Origin: Vicugna vicugna
Lineage: Eukaryota
Direction: 5' to 3'
Assembly: GCA_013265495.1 (NCBI GenBank)
Contig: MU062626.1
Location: 186,001-250,000, forward strand
DNA length: 64,000 bases
Shown here one piece after another: positions 50,201 through 60,905 of the stretch. The position numbers were made by a program, and so were the translations under genes. Under the pieces are notes generated by a model. The model was not told where the DNA came from. It did not search any database and saw only the letters and a list, made by a program, of their open reading frames with translations. The stretch's first letter is position 1. Each line of letters begins with the position of its first letter.

Positions 50201-51637
50201 ATAGCAGGCACCACCAAGATGAAAAAGATTTTCTCCTTTCACGATCATGTAACTTGTATTAGCCTCTTTCGTATCATGAGATGAAGAAAAGGTTAATAAA
50301 TAAACACAGCTCTGTGTAGTTTTTAACATATGGAGCCTGAGTGAGGTTGTTTTGTTTTTTTTTGTTTTTTTTGTTTTTTGCCACTTGAAGGCCAAAGGCC
50401 AAGTTCTCGCAATTTTCTGACTTGTCTGCCTCCACCCCCAGCAGGGAATGACTTTTTTGCCACTTGACTCCCTGCACAAAACTGCTCAGTGGGAGTCCCC
50501 TACAGAGAGAGATGAGATGAGAGCTGGAATATTTGTGTCTACAATTATTTTAAACTTCTGAATGTATATACTCTTCTGAAAGGCATTTCTATAAAGGTAA
50601 TTCTTTTTGTTTTTTAAAAAGGAATTTAAAAACCTTGAATAAAATCCAACACTTAAGAAAAATAGGGAAAATGAGGGTGGGGGAGGGAATTAGACCTTTT
50701 TGAGAGGCATAAGTAAATAAAAAATATTTCACTCACAGGATGCCATAGAGATCAAGAAACGTGGGCTTTGTAGAGGAAGTCCTAGGAGTCAAAAATTACT
50801 CATCTTCTACTTCACCCAGTGGCCTGGGTGCAGAAAGGCGTGAGCTGGTAGAACTGCCCAGTGCTTGTCCACAGGTGGGCACTGGGACCAGCACGAAGGA
50901 CTTTTTCGCTCTAGGATCATTCTCTGGTTCTGCTGGAACTAATGAGGCTCTGCTCTGCATTCCTAGCACCTGGACCTGTACCTGGCTCGTAACAGCCACA
51001 CATGGGTTTTGAAAGAATGGTCATCTGTTTTCTCTTACTATTCAATCAGGCATTTGCCCCAGTGGGTGGAAAGCACACCCATTTTTGGTTTACTGCTTGT
51101 CACCATGATGACTCCTGACTCTTTATCTCTACTTGCTCTTTCAGTTGAGTGTTAGTCCCACATCTGCGGCTGCTTACCGCTCATTTCTGTTAGGATATTT
51201 TACTATTGCCTGAAACTCACCATTTCTAAAGGAACTCATCTTCAAATTTCCACAGATGTCAAATCACCACGCTGGTTATCCCAGTGCAAAATTTTGGAAA
51301 TGGGTGAATCTCTGAATCCAACTATTCATTGAATCTCCAGAGAATCTATCATTTAACGTATTCTCTGAGGTTTCCTTGTTACTTGTAAACTAGTTAATTC
51401 TCTGACCTCCTCATTCCAAAATTCTTGCCGCAGCTTCTTCCTTAGCCTTCCCAACCACTGATGCCAAATTTGTCTTCCTAGTGTTGATGCTACAGCATTC
51501 ACATGCTCAAAATCCATTGTCAACTGTTCCATGCTATTGAATTCACTTTTTCTGCTGGGTTTCAAGATCTTCCACTCATTATTTCCCAAAATATAGACAC
51601 CTTAGTTTTAGGGCAGACTTACTTCCTTATTGACCTT

Positions 51638-51710
51638 TGTGATATTGTGATTTATGATAAGAAATACATATTTGATCCTGGATTCCATTCCTAGCACAAA
51701 ACTCCACTGG
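51638..51710 (+). mobile_element. MER21-like LTR 5' fragment
   Basis: tgtgatattgtgatttatgataagaaatacatatttgatcc matches the recalled MER21 start. Confidence 0.55.
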
Positions 51711-52734
51711 TCTCAGAGTGGTTGTATAATACCCCTGCCTCAGAGATCCCAACCCTAACCCTCAGTTAATGTAAGTCAAGCTGCTGTAACAAATTAGATT
51801 CCAAATTACGTAATGGCTCAAATACTCTAGAAGTTTATTTCTTCTTCACATGGAAGTCTAAAGGGGCTGTTCCTGGCCAGCAGGTTTCTCTTCTTCATGC
51901 AGTGGTTCAGAAATCAAAGTGTCTTTCATCTAGATCCTCAGAGACACCTGTGGTCAGGTAGAAGAATTCAGGGAAAAGAAAGAACAAAGGTTGCCAGCCC
52001 CTTCTCCTGGGCTTCTGCCTTGGCTCCTGCCAAGCCTTCTTGGACCTGTGGTCTTGGCTTTGATTATCAGCCTGGTAGCTGGGTCCCTGCTGCCTAAGGA
52101 CAGACATCCCTGAGGCCGGCTCCTGGTCAGTCTTTACGCTCTGTCCACTACCCAATTTCTAACCATTGTCCTCTGTTCACATTAATGGGACATCTTTCCC
52201 CTTGATTAGAGCTATATGATGCCCCCTGCTTTATCACATCTCTGCTGCTCTGCACCCAGATAGCACACAGCTTTCCCGAGAGGACTTCCAGCGCTTGCGG
52301 AGGGCCCGCCCTCCTGGAGCCTCACCCGCAGTGGGCAAGGTCAGGTCCTGGTTCTGGACCCTAACAACATGTCCTTAGGTAACAGGGCTGTGCCCCGCTG
52401 GGTTCTGAGAAGTGATGTCAGCAGTGGACTTGGCCATCCTAGGACCTAATTAAATTGAACTGTTTAGCGCCAGGGCTTGGCACTTGTTTTAACTTTAAGG
52501 GTCACAGGACTGTCATTGCAAGCCCAAGATACAGGCAGAAAGGGGCAGGAAGTCAGAGGAAAAATAAAGAAATGAAGGAAGAGGGAAAGAAAGGGGAGTA
52601 ATGTGCACACTGGAGGGAGTGCCTTCCTCAGGACCTGTTTGACTAGACACCCCCCTGGCCAACGAGCTGTCATCAGAACGGACGTGCCATAGAAGCATAT
52701 TTGGAATCTAGGGGCTCTTCAGCAAGCCGAGTGG

Positions 52735-52950
52735 ACGGGTGGAGAGAACATCGGGTTTGACTTCAGACAAACCTGAGTTTGCCTCTCGGCTCTGCTCCTC
52801 GTGAGCTAAGTAATCTTGGGCAAGCTACTTGATCTTTCAAGCCTGTTTTCTCAGTTCTAGTGTGGGGATAACAACACCAATTTCTAATGAGACAATGCAT
52901 GTAAAATACCCAGTGACATGTCTGGCATAAAGCAGGTGCTCAATAGGTGG
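52735..52950 (+). mobile_element. MIR SINE (near full length)
   Basis: cctgagtttgcctctcggctctgctcc...aatcttgggcaagctacttg...tctggcataaagcaggtgctcaatagg. Confidence 0.75.
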
Positions 52951-53159
52951 TGGCTCTGTGCCCCTTTTTCCTTGTCACTGTTCTCTGTCACAGCACCAGG
53001 CCAGAGAGTCTTGGTGGCTTTGCAGAACCATTTGCTGCTTTCCCCAGATGGCGACTTGAAGCAGCAGGTTTCTGCAAGCTGCCCAGTGTCCAGGTGTCCC
53101 CAGATCAGCCTGTGTGTGGCTGCTACCATTGGCTCAATTGCCGAAAAAAATTTAAAAAT

Positions 53160-53475
53160 TTTTTATTAAAGTATAGTTGATTTATAAGTTAGTTTCAGTT
53201 ATACACACACACACACACACACATATATTCTTTTCAGATTCTTTTCCATTATATTCCTTTAGGTTTCTTTTCCATTATATGTTATTACAAGAAATTAAAT
53301 ACAGTTCCCTGTGCTGTACAGTAGATCCTTGTTGTTTATCTAGTTTATACACAGTAATGTGTGCCTCTTAATCCCCAACCCCTCATCTATTCCTCCCTCT
53401 CCCCCTTTCCCCTTTGGTAACCATAGTTTGTTTTCTATGTCCTTGAGTCTGTTTTTGGTTTGTAAATAGAATTTG
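53160..53475 (-). mobile_element. Cetartiodactyl-type 5'-truncated L1 with (AC)n at 53203-53223
   Basis: Same 3' L1 sequence as 44179-44620; homology stops at gaatttg (53475). Confidence 0.85.
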
Positions 53476-55069
53476 AATTACAAATTCTGTTACAAACCAA
53501 AATGTCTCTTAAAGGGAGCAGTTGCATACAAACGTGCTCGTCAGATGGGTGGCATATTTATATCCTCGTAGGTAGCCAACTTCCAGGGGCACTGTCATTG
53601 GAAATGACAGAATGGAGAAGCAAGCAACCTCTGCCCTCTGCCCTCTCAAACCTAGGGCACCCTCTAGAAATCAGGTGAGCCTTTCCATGAGGAGAAAGTA
53701 TTGCAAGTGTGGCAGGATGCACAGCAGCCTTTTTTCTCATGAACCTGTGTGCACATAAAAATAGTCAACGAATATTTACTGGGCTTCTGCTACATGCCAG
53801 CCACTGCATGCGGGACACAGTATTGAAGGATGCACGGGCCATTCTCTCCTCTTACAAGGAAACACAGCACAGAACAATGGTCTGTTTATATATTAAAATC
53901 TAGAGTCAGGTGAAGAGCTTTCAGACACAGAGTGAAAAATAGGTTGTTATTTATGAATTGGGCACCTTTGTCTTGCTGTTTGCTAACAGAGCATACCTTA
54001 TGCAAAATTCATTTTCCCACCACAAAACATGTGATGAAAGATCATCAGTCATTTGGTTTCGAGGCAAATGAGCAACTGGCAATTGGCAAGAGCTTGTATG
54101 ATTCTGGTTTGGAGAGATCTGTGCTGCCCCGGGAGAGCACTGCTGATAGCTGTGCCCGTTACAGGGGACTCCAGCGGACTAGACTTTGAACTTCTGGTCC
54201 TTTTGGGGAAAAGGGAAGGAAAGCAATGCTGTCGCTGTCACTAGGAGGGAGCCTTGTCTAATGGTGAAAACACAGATGTGGGATTTAGCTGTCATAAATC
54301 CTTCTGCCAATGACCCCAAAGTGGGGCTTACGTCTCCCTCACCCTGCCTCAGTTCCCCCTTCCTGTAAAAGCAGAGAGCAAACCAAGGACTTAAGAGTCA
54401 GAAAACATATATTCCAATCCTGGCTCCACTATGTAGACTTGAGAGAAGTTTGATTTTTTGAAAACTCTGTTTCCTTCTTTGTCACTAAATTCTGTCTTTC
54501 AGAGTTTGTGGTCCTTGAAATCAAGAAACGAAACTTCTCTCTTCAGCTCCTTGTAGAATAAGCCCCCAAATCCTGCTTGCTGAATAAGTCAATGAACCAC
54601 GGCACTGAAGTTTGGCTTCATCTATTTCAAGTGCCTTGAGCCCATGGAGCGATACCTGTATGGACCTGCCAATAGTCTTCCAAGGCACCACCTGGGCTCC
54701 TTACAGTGACGGGCACGCCAGCAGGGTTTGGTGTTTCCTTTGGAGAATGGACACAGTCATCTCTCATCTATTTCACGTGGATTAGCTTCTCTGAAAGGCC
54801 ATTTTCCAACATTGCTTCCTTCATCTTGTGGACGCCACCCTACTCCTGGACCCCACCAGGTGAGTGTCTCCAGGTGTGTTTTTTCTACCAAAGGACTGAA
54901 CCAAATTTGAAACTGACTTTGTCACTGGCCATCTCTGTGACTTTGGATGAGTTACCCAATCTCTGAGAATCTCAGTTTTTCCACTTGCTCTGAGGGGAGG
55001 ATATTCCTGTGTTACTTCTCTCTCTCCCATCCCATGGCAGGGCAGTAGTGGAAATCAAATGAGATATTT

Positions 55070-55093
55070 TGTGTGTGTGTGTGTGTGTGTGTG
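55070..55093. repeat. (TG)12 microsatellite
   Basis: Read directly from the sequence. Confidence 0.95.
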
Positions 55094-56759
55094 AAGAGAG
55101 TTGGAAAACCCAGAAGTGACTATAGGAACTGAAAGTGGAATTCTTATAATTGCCACTTACCAGCATCATCAACAGCTTGGAGGGTTGTGTTTGTCTCCCC
55201 AGCCATGTCACAGACACTAACCGGTACAACGTAAGGAAATATAAAGAAGCAAAGAATGAAAAATCTTAGAAGTCTCGGTCTAGTACCTCATTGTGTCTAG
55301 AGACTGCTTCCCTGTTCCCTGGTGTTATACTGACTTACTTGATCCAGGGTGGCAGAGGCCCCTGTGGACTTGCAAGAAGTCTAAAGTGAATAAATGCCAT
55401 TTTATATTCACTCATTGGTTTGTTTTTCCATCCCACAAGTACTTATTAAACACCAACTATATAGAAAGATGACTCAAACATGGATCTGCTCTTGCAATTC
55501 TTTCAAAATGGTTAGAGAAATAGGGCTCTTAGCTTAAAACCAATAACACAAAGTAGGAGACGCTAGGCATTACTCTCATGAGAGGGAGCTAGTTCAGTGC
55601 TGTGGCTGCACTGAGTAAGGGGAGAGGATTTATCACCAAGGGGCAGGAAGGCTTATTGGAAGAAACAGTTTCTAACTGAGTCTTGGAGAGCTGGGAGAAT
55701 CTGAGCTTAGAGAATGGGGTGAGGGACGGAGGACGTGCAGGCAGAGGGATGAGTTGGGTTAGACAGACACAGTCTCAATGGCGGGCTTCTCCTGTGACTT
55801 TGAAGTTCCCTTGACCTCGAGCATGGGTTATGCTTCTCGTTTGAAGATGACTTTTTTCATCTTTGTGTTTGTTTTCAATTTTTTCCTTTGATCGTCTTTA
55901 AGTTGCTAAAAATAATCAACTGTCTCACCATGTAGTAGATCTGAGCACGGGAGACTCAGGGCCCCTACCGGCAAAACCTTGGCTCCATATTATGTGAGAA
56001 ATTCATCAGAACTTCTCCTTCTGGAATGTGAGGTTCACTTCAAAGCCCTCTTCTGTTGACCAGACCCTGGGAGGTACCATGCTCAGTCATCACTTCTCAG
56101 TTGTTGGGCTCCCCTCTACCTTGCTGTAAGATCAAAGGAAAAGGCGGTTCCATCCAGTGGGGTTCATTGCTTATCACTAGCTGATGTGAGCAGAAATTAA
56201 TTTAAGGAGTTCAAGAAACTGTCAATCCAGAGTATAGGAAGAATCCTCAGCTTGTCTGAGGCATCAGAACCAGGCAGAAAACCCAGCATAGTCCACCATA
56301 GCTTTCCAGACGATCAAACTTTGATGTAGTGTGAATGCTTGAGAGACTCTCATTTACATGATTCATTGCACTGGAAGCCAGGACCAGCCCCTTGAGTTTG
56401 ATGTGCACGCACAGTATAACCCTTCCCTCCAATCACATTCAAGCAGCAAAATATGTAGAACAGGAATTCCTTGAGTTTTACCCGAATTTGTTGGTTTATA
56501 AAGTTGGGCTACCTAAGGCTACAAGATGACGACGATCTTTAGATTTGGGGATTTTTGTGAACTGGGAAATGAAAAAGATTAGGTTCGACATAGAGTTGTT
56601 TACTTTTTATTTTGCCAAATTCAGGACATTCGACTCAAAGGACCTTAAAGGCCGAAAAAAAAAAAAAAAAAAGATCGTCATCTTTTTAAAAAGAAAAAGA
56701 AGTTTTACGCCAGATGCTGGGAAGGCCGTCATCCCAGAGTAAAGAATGGCCCTTGTCTG

Positions 56760-57720
56760 GGGAGCTCGGTTGGTAGTCTTCCACCTGCGCTTCTGCTCTA
56801 AAATGTTTTAAATAGTTGCGTGGCGAGTCCGGGCCGTGGGACTGGCCTTGGGGACCCCGTGCGTGTGTTAGACGAGGACGGACTTGGCTGGTCTGTTTGG
56901 GAATAGACGGAGGGCCTCCTCGGGGGCGCGGACGGCTTCCTGTGCCGTCGCATCCGTCCCCGCCACGTGCATTTGGTGCTGGCATCATATTTCCTGGCAT
57001 TTGGTGAGGGGATGATGTGTCCAATTCTCTTTCATTCTGACTCATTGGTGGGAAGGGAAATTTAATTCTCTGGAACCCTTGTTTGTATTAGTGTTAAGTC
57101 ATCTGTCTGCTGTTTAATGATTTATGCACGCGGTGCAAAGAGGTCCCAGAATTGCTTTTCCGATCGTTCCACTCCCCACCCCTCCCTCATTCCACTCCAG
57201 GCTGGAGAAATAATTCAGTTTTGTACCTTAGGGAGTCCGCCCGAGATGCTCTTCCTTCGCTTACGCGTCCCCGATATGCTCTATCGGCGCTGGGCTTTCA
57301 GATGAGTAGAAGGACTTCTCGGGGATGCTCAGGGGGGTCTTACGTGGTACTTCGTGCTATTAACGCGCTGAACCGCTTTGCCGCCTTAACGCCGCAATCG
57401 GTCTCCTCCCAAACCCGACGCGCCCATTTTGGACTGTAAATGGTGATCTTCTGATTTATTCTCCTCGAGCTCATATGCTTAATGTGGATGGGGCTTTGGT
57501 GCTCGTTAACACAGAGACTTTTATTGCGAGGGCTGCTCTGTCTGCTGTGCGGAGGGAACCTCACACATTGCACCTCTCTCCACTGGCCATCTATAATTCA
57601 GCGCGGTGCTCCCATTCACGTCATGCTTCAGCCTTTGCAGTGCCTATGAGTAATTGACAGCGTCCACTCGTGGCAGTAAATCAGACAGGCCCCGCCCGGA
57701 AAGTTACGGTCAGCTCCACT
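56760..57720. promoter_or_regulatory. Orphan CpG island with PBX-HOX/MEIS motif cluster, candidate developmental enhancer
   Basis: About 55 CpG in ~960 bp (hand count); TGATTTATG 57118-57126, TGATTTAT 57452-57459, TAATTGACAG 57651-57660, GTAAATCA 57676-57683; repeat-free. Confidence 0.55.
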
Positions 57721-58364
57721 GTCTACCAAGGAGGAAGGCTGAAAACCAGTGACTGCCATTAACTGGGAGTTTTCAGATCATAAAGTCAGAGAAAGTACAT
57801 TTGTTGGCCTTTATTATTAATACATTTTGAGTGGCTCTTTAAAATAGATATCTCTGATTGGATAAGGAGTTATGAAAAAAAATGGTTCCCTGGTATATAT
57901 ACCTTAATAATTATTGCAGTTCATTTCAAAGGAATGGCTTACTTTGACAAAGTGAGTGACCTTGAGTTGTAATGTATGTAATAGGCTAGATGATATAGGA
58001 GGCTTGAGGGTGTGTGATGTGGTACGTATGCCACGGAGCCAGAGAAATGAGGATTTATTTTCCTGAAATGCAAATCCAGAACAGGGCGGCTCAGGATACA
58101 GCACTCAGAGTTGCACTGTGCGAAGTACAACAGCGGGTCTGGAACGCTCTTATAAAGAGTACGTTGCCTGGGGATAGTTCTGTGTGAGACATGCCTTAGA
58201 TTTCCATTGTTGATCACGGGTAACCCACATTAGCTCAAAACCGGGCATCGTCTCGCGGTGATAATTCTTCCTGATGTTAGGGGAGAAATTCAGAGGAAAA
58301 TGCTTACAGCGCCTCTGAGGAAAAAACACCCTTTGGTGCTTGAAAACTCCAGCATTGTGAAATA

Positions 58365-58600
58365 CAGATCTTTATGAGGCAGGGTTGGATGGGATTAAAA
58401 TGCATGAACTCTAGAGGCAGGTCGACCTCTGGATTTTATTTTCCGGCTCTGCCATTCATGCACCAGTTACATGACAAGTTACTCTCTCAGAACATTGTTT
58501 ACTTGTCTCTAAAATGGGGAGGAAATTCTTGCCTCCTAAGGAGTTTTGAAGAGTAGAAGATTTGATACACAAAAAACACCTGGATAAGTGCTAAATAATT
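58365..58600 (+). mobile_element. MIR SINE
   Basis: catgacaagttactctctcagaacattgtttacttgtctctaaaatggggagg...gataagtgctaaataa. Confidence 0.65.
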
Positions 58601-59181
58601 TTAATTTTTCCTCTCCTGCACTTTGGGAGAGCAAGTGAAGTCATCAGCCAGCTTTTAGGTCTCTAGACTCAGACATCTCTTGGCATCCTTGAAGAGCAGT
58701 GTGTTGATCACAGGTTAAAGATAGAATCTCGTACTCTGTACCAAGAATGAATGCTGGGCAATTTAATTAGCACCATGGCTAATAAGGCTATCTGTTTTAT
58801 ACCAACCTGAAGTGAAATGATTTGTATCTGAGTACAAATAAAATAATTTCCACCAGTAAATTTGATATTTCATAGCTTGCTTTTCAGGTCAGAGGGTTTT
58901 TTATGTTTGTTTGTTTGTTTTGTTTTTTTGTATTGATGTATAAAATTCAGGCAGGGAACCCTCCTTGAGCTAATACTGCCTGTCTTTTGCAATAAAAACA
59001 TAAATACAAATCTTCACTTGGGAGTGCATAAATGGGAATTCAGGTGTGTAGTGTTCATCTGCAATAGGGGACTATGGCTTTCTGAGCACTTTTTACGAGG
59101 TAAGAGCAGGAAGCTTTGGCTCCGTTGTTATAAACTTTTGCTTCAGTCAGATTTTACCCTTCACTCTCTGCTCTAAGAAAC

Positions 59182-59547
59182 TGCTATGGTCTGAATGTTT
59201 GTTTTCTCTGAAGTTCATGTGTTGAGATCCTAACTGCCAAAGGTGATGGTATTTGGAGGTGGGTTTGGAAGGTGATTAGGTCATGATGGTGGCGCCCTCA
59301 TGGATAGAATTAGTGCCCTTATAAAGGAGGCTCCAAAGGGCTCCGTTGTCCCTTCCACCATGTGCAGTGATGACACAGTGAGAAGCCAGGAGTCTGCAAC
59401 CCAGGAGAGGGCTCTCACCAGAACCTGACCATGCTGGCACCTTCGTCTTGGACTTCCAGCCTTCAGAATGGTGAGAAATTAGTTTTTGTTGTTTCCAAGC
59501 CACCAGTCTGTGGTATTTCGTCATAGCAGCCTGAGCAGATTTAGACA
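59182..59547 (+). mobile_element. MLT1A-type (ERVL-MaLR) full-length solo LTR
   Basis: TGCTATGGTCTGAATGTTTG...GATTTAGACA; perfect 5-bp TSD GAAAC at 59177-59181 and 59548-59552. Confidence 0.92.
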
Positions 59548-60043
59548 GAAACCATTCAAACTGGGTTTTCTCCCTTTCTTTTTTAATCCCATTTATAATA
59601 TTACTGGTAGATATGAGCAATGCAAAACAAAACAAAACAATCACCTGGCAGAATCCTGACAAAAGACTTACATCTTAGTCAATACATAGAAAGCTACAAA
59701 AAGGTGAGATGGAGAAAATTTGCTTGGTTAGAAATTAGAAACAATCTACCCAAAATAAACAAGGCAGTGGCTAAAATTGCACCTGGTAATTTTTCTGATT
59801 GAAATTTAGGATGGAGAAATCAAATATTTTTGAATAAAATTTAGATCTGAAAAGCCTGGGCTTAGAAAAATAGGGTTTGGCAAAAATATTGGTCTCAGAA
59901 AGATAAGACAAAACACCACCACCTGGCTGTGGCAAATGCTAGTTTTGTAAAATTTCATATGGTCATAAAACTAATCAAGGAACTAAATGTATGCCATTAA
60001 TTTTACAAAGAAAAGAATTACTCCTAATGAAAACAAGTTTATT

Positions 60044-60322
60044 TATTTACTAAAATTGAAGTATAGTTGATTTACAATATTGTGTTCGTTTCAGGTGTAC
60101 AGCATAGTGATTCATTTTTTTTTGACAGATTATATCCCATTATAGGTTATTGCAAGATATTGGGTATAATTCCCTGTGCTACACAGTGAATCCTTGTTGT
60201 TGATCTATTTTATGTGTAGTCACTTTTGTCTGTTAATCTCAAACTCATAATTTGTCCCACCTCAGTCCTCTCTCCCCTTTGGGAACTGTAAGTTTTTTTC
60301 TATGTCTGTGAGTTGGTATCTG
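60044..60322 (-). mobile_element. Cetartiodactyl-type 5'-truncated L1 with TSD
   Basis: attgaagtatagttgatttacaatattgtg...; perfect 15-bp TSD GAAAACAAGTTTATT at 60029-60043 and 60323-60337. Confidence 0.9.
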
Positions 60323-60489
60323 GAAAACAAGTTTATTAAAATAGAAATGAAAATGGAAAAAAAATGGATATCATTTAACTCATTAAGGAATTAAATTGAC
60401 TCAGTGGAGTCTACTCCTGAAACTATCTCTTTATGAAAACGTATGAATGTTGGTGTGATTCGGGCCTCCCTGCTGTGGGGCAGGCCCCA

Positions 60490-60905
60490 GTGGTGTCTGG
60501 CATCTGCCCCAGGCCCCAGTCCTGGCCGTGGCCTTGGCCCCCTGTGCCCTCACCTCCTCCACGCAGCTCCAGCACCCTGGGTTCCAGCCACACTGGCCTC
60601 CTTGCTCCTCCCACAAGCCAAGCACGTGCCCTGCCGGCCCTGGGCTTTGCCATTCCCTCCACGAGAATAATGCTTTTCCCACAGATATCACCCGTCACTT
60701 CATGGTGGCCTCAACTCACAGGTCACTCACTCACTCTCCACCTCCTTACCCTGCTTTCTGTTTTCTCATAGTGACTATTATTTCCTGACATTATTATATC
60801 TATTTATTTGTCTACTTCGTTGACCAGAGGTTCACTGCTTTGCCTGCAGTGTTTCAAAGAGAGCTAGGCACGCAGAGGCTCACCAAATGTTGGTTTGAAC
60901 AAATC
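60490..60905 (+). mobile_element. L2 3' region
   Basis: ccctgggctttgccattccctccacgagaataatgctttt...ctcccgtcacttc-like segment...tgacattattatatctattt...ggcacgcagaggctcaccaaatgttggtttgaa. Confidence 0.6.

Noticed and set aside
56518-56537. Sequence resembling FLAG-tag DNA (ggctacaagatgacgacgat)
   Set aside because: A one-base gap and a mismatch break the DYKDDDDK frame, and there is no vector context; coincidence.
56460-56672. Processed pseudogene ending in the A18 tract
   Set aside because: No poly(A) signal, no flanking direct repeat and no recognisable mRNA homology.
56686-57045. 119-aa minus-strand ORF (MSQNERELDTSS...)
   Set aside because: Pro/Gly/Arg-rich translation typical of stop-poor CpG-rich DNA; no recognisable domain.
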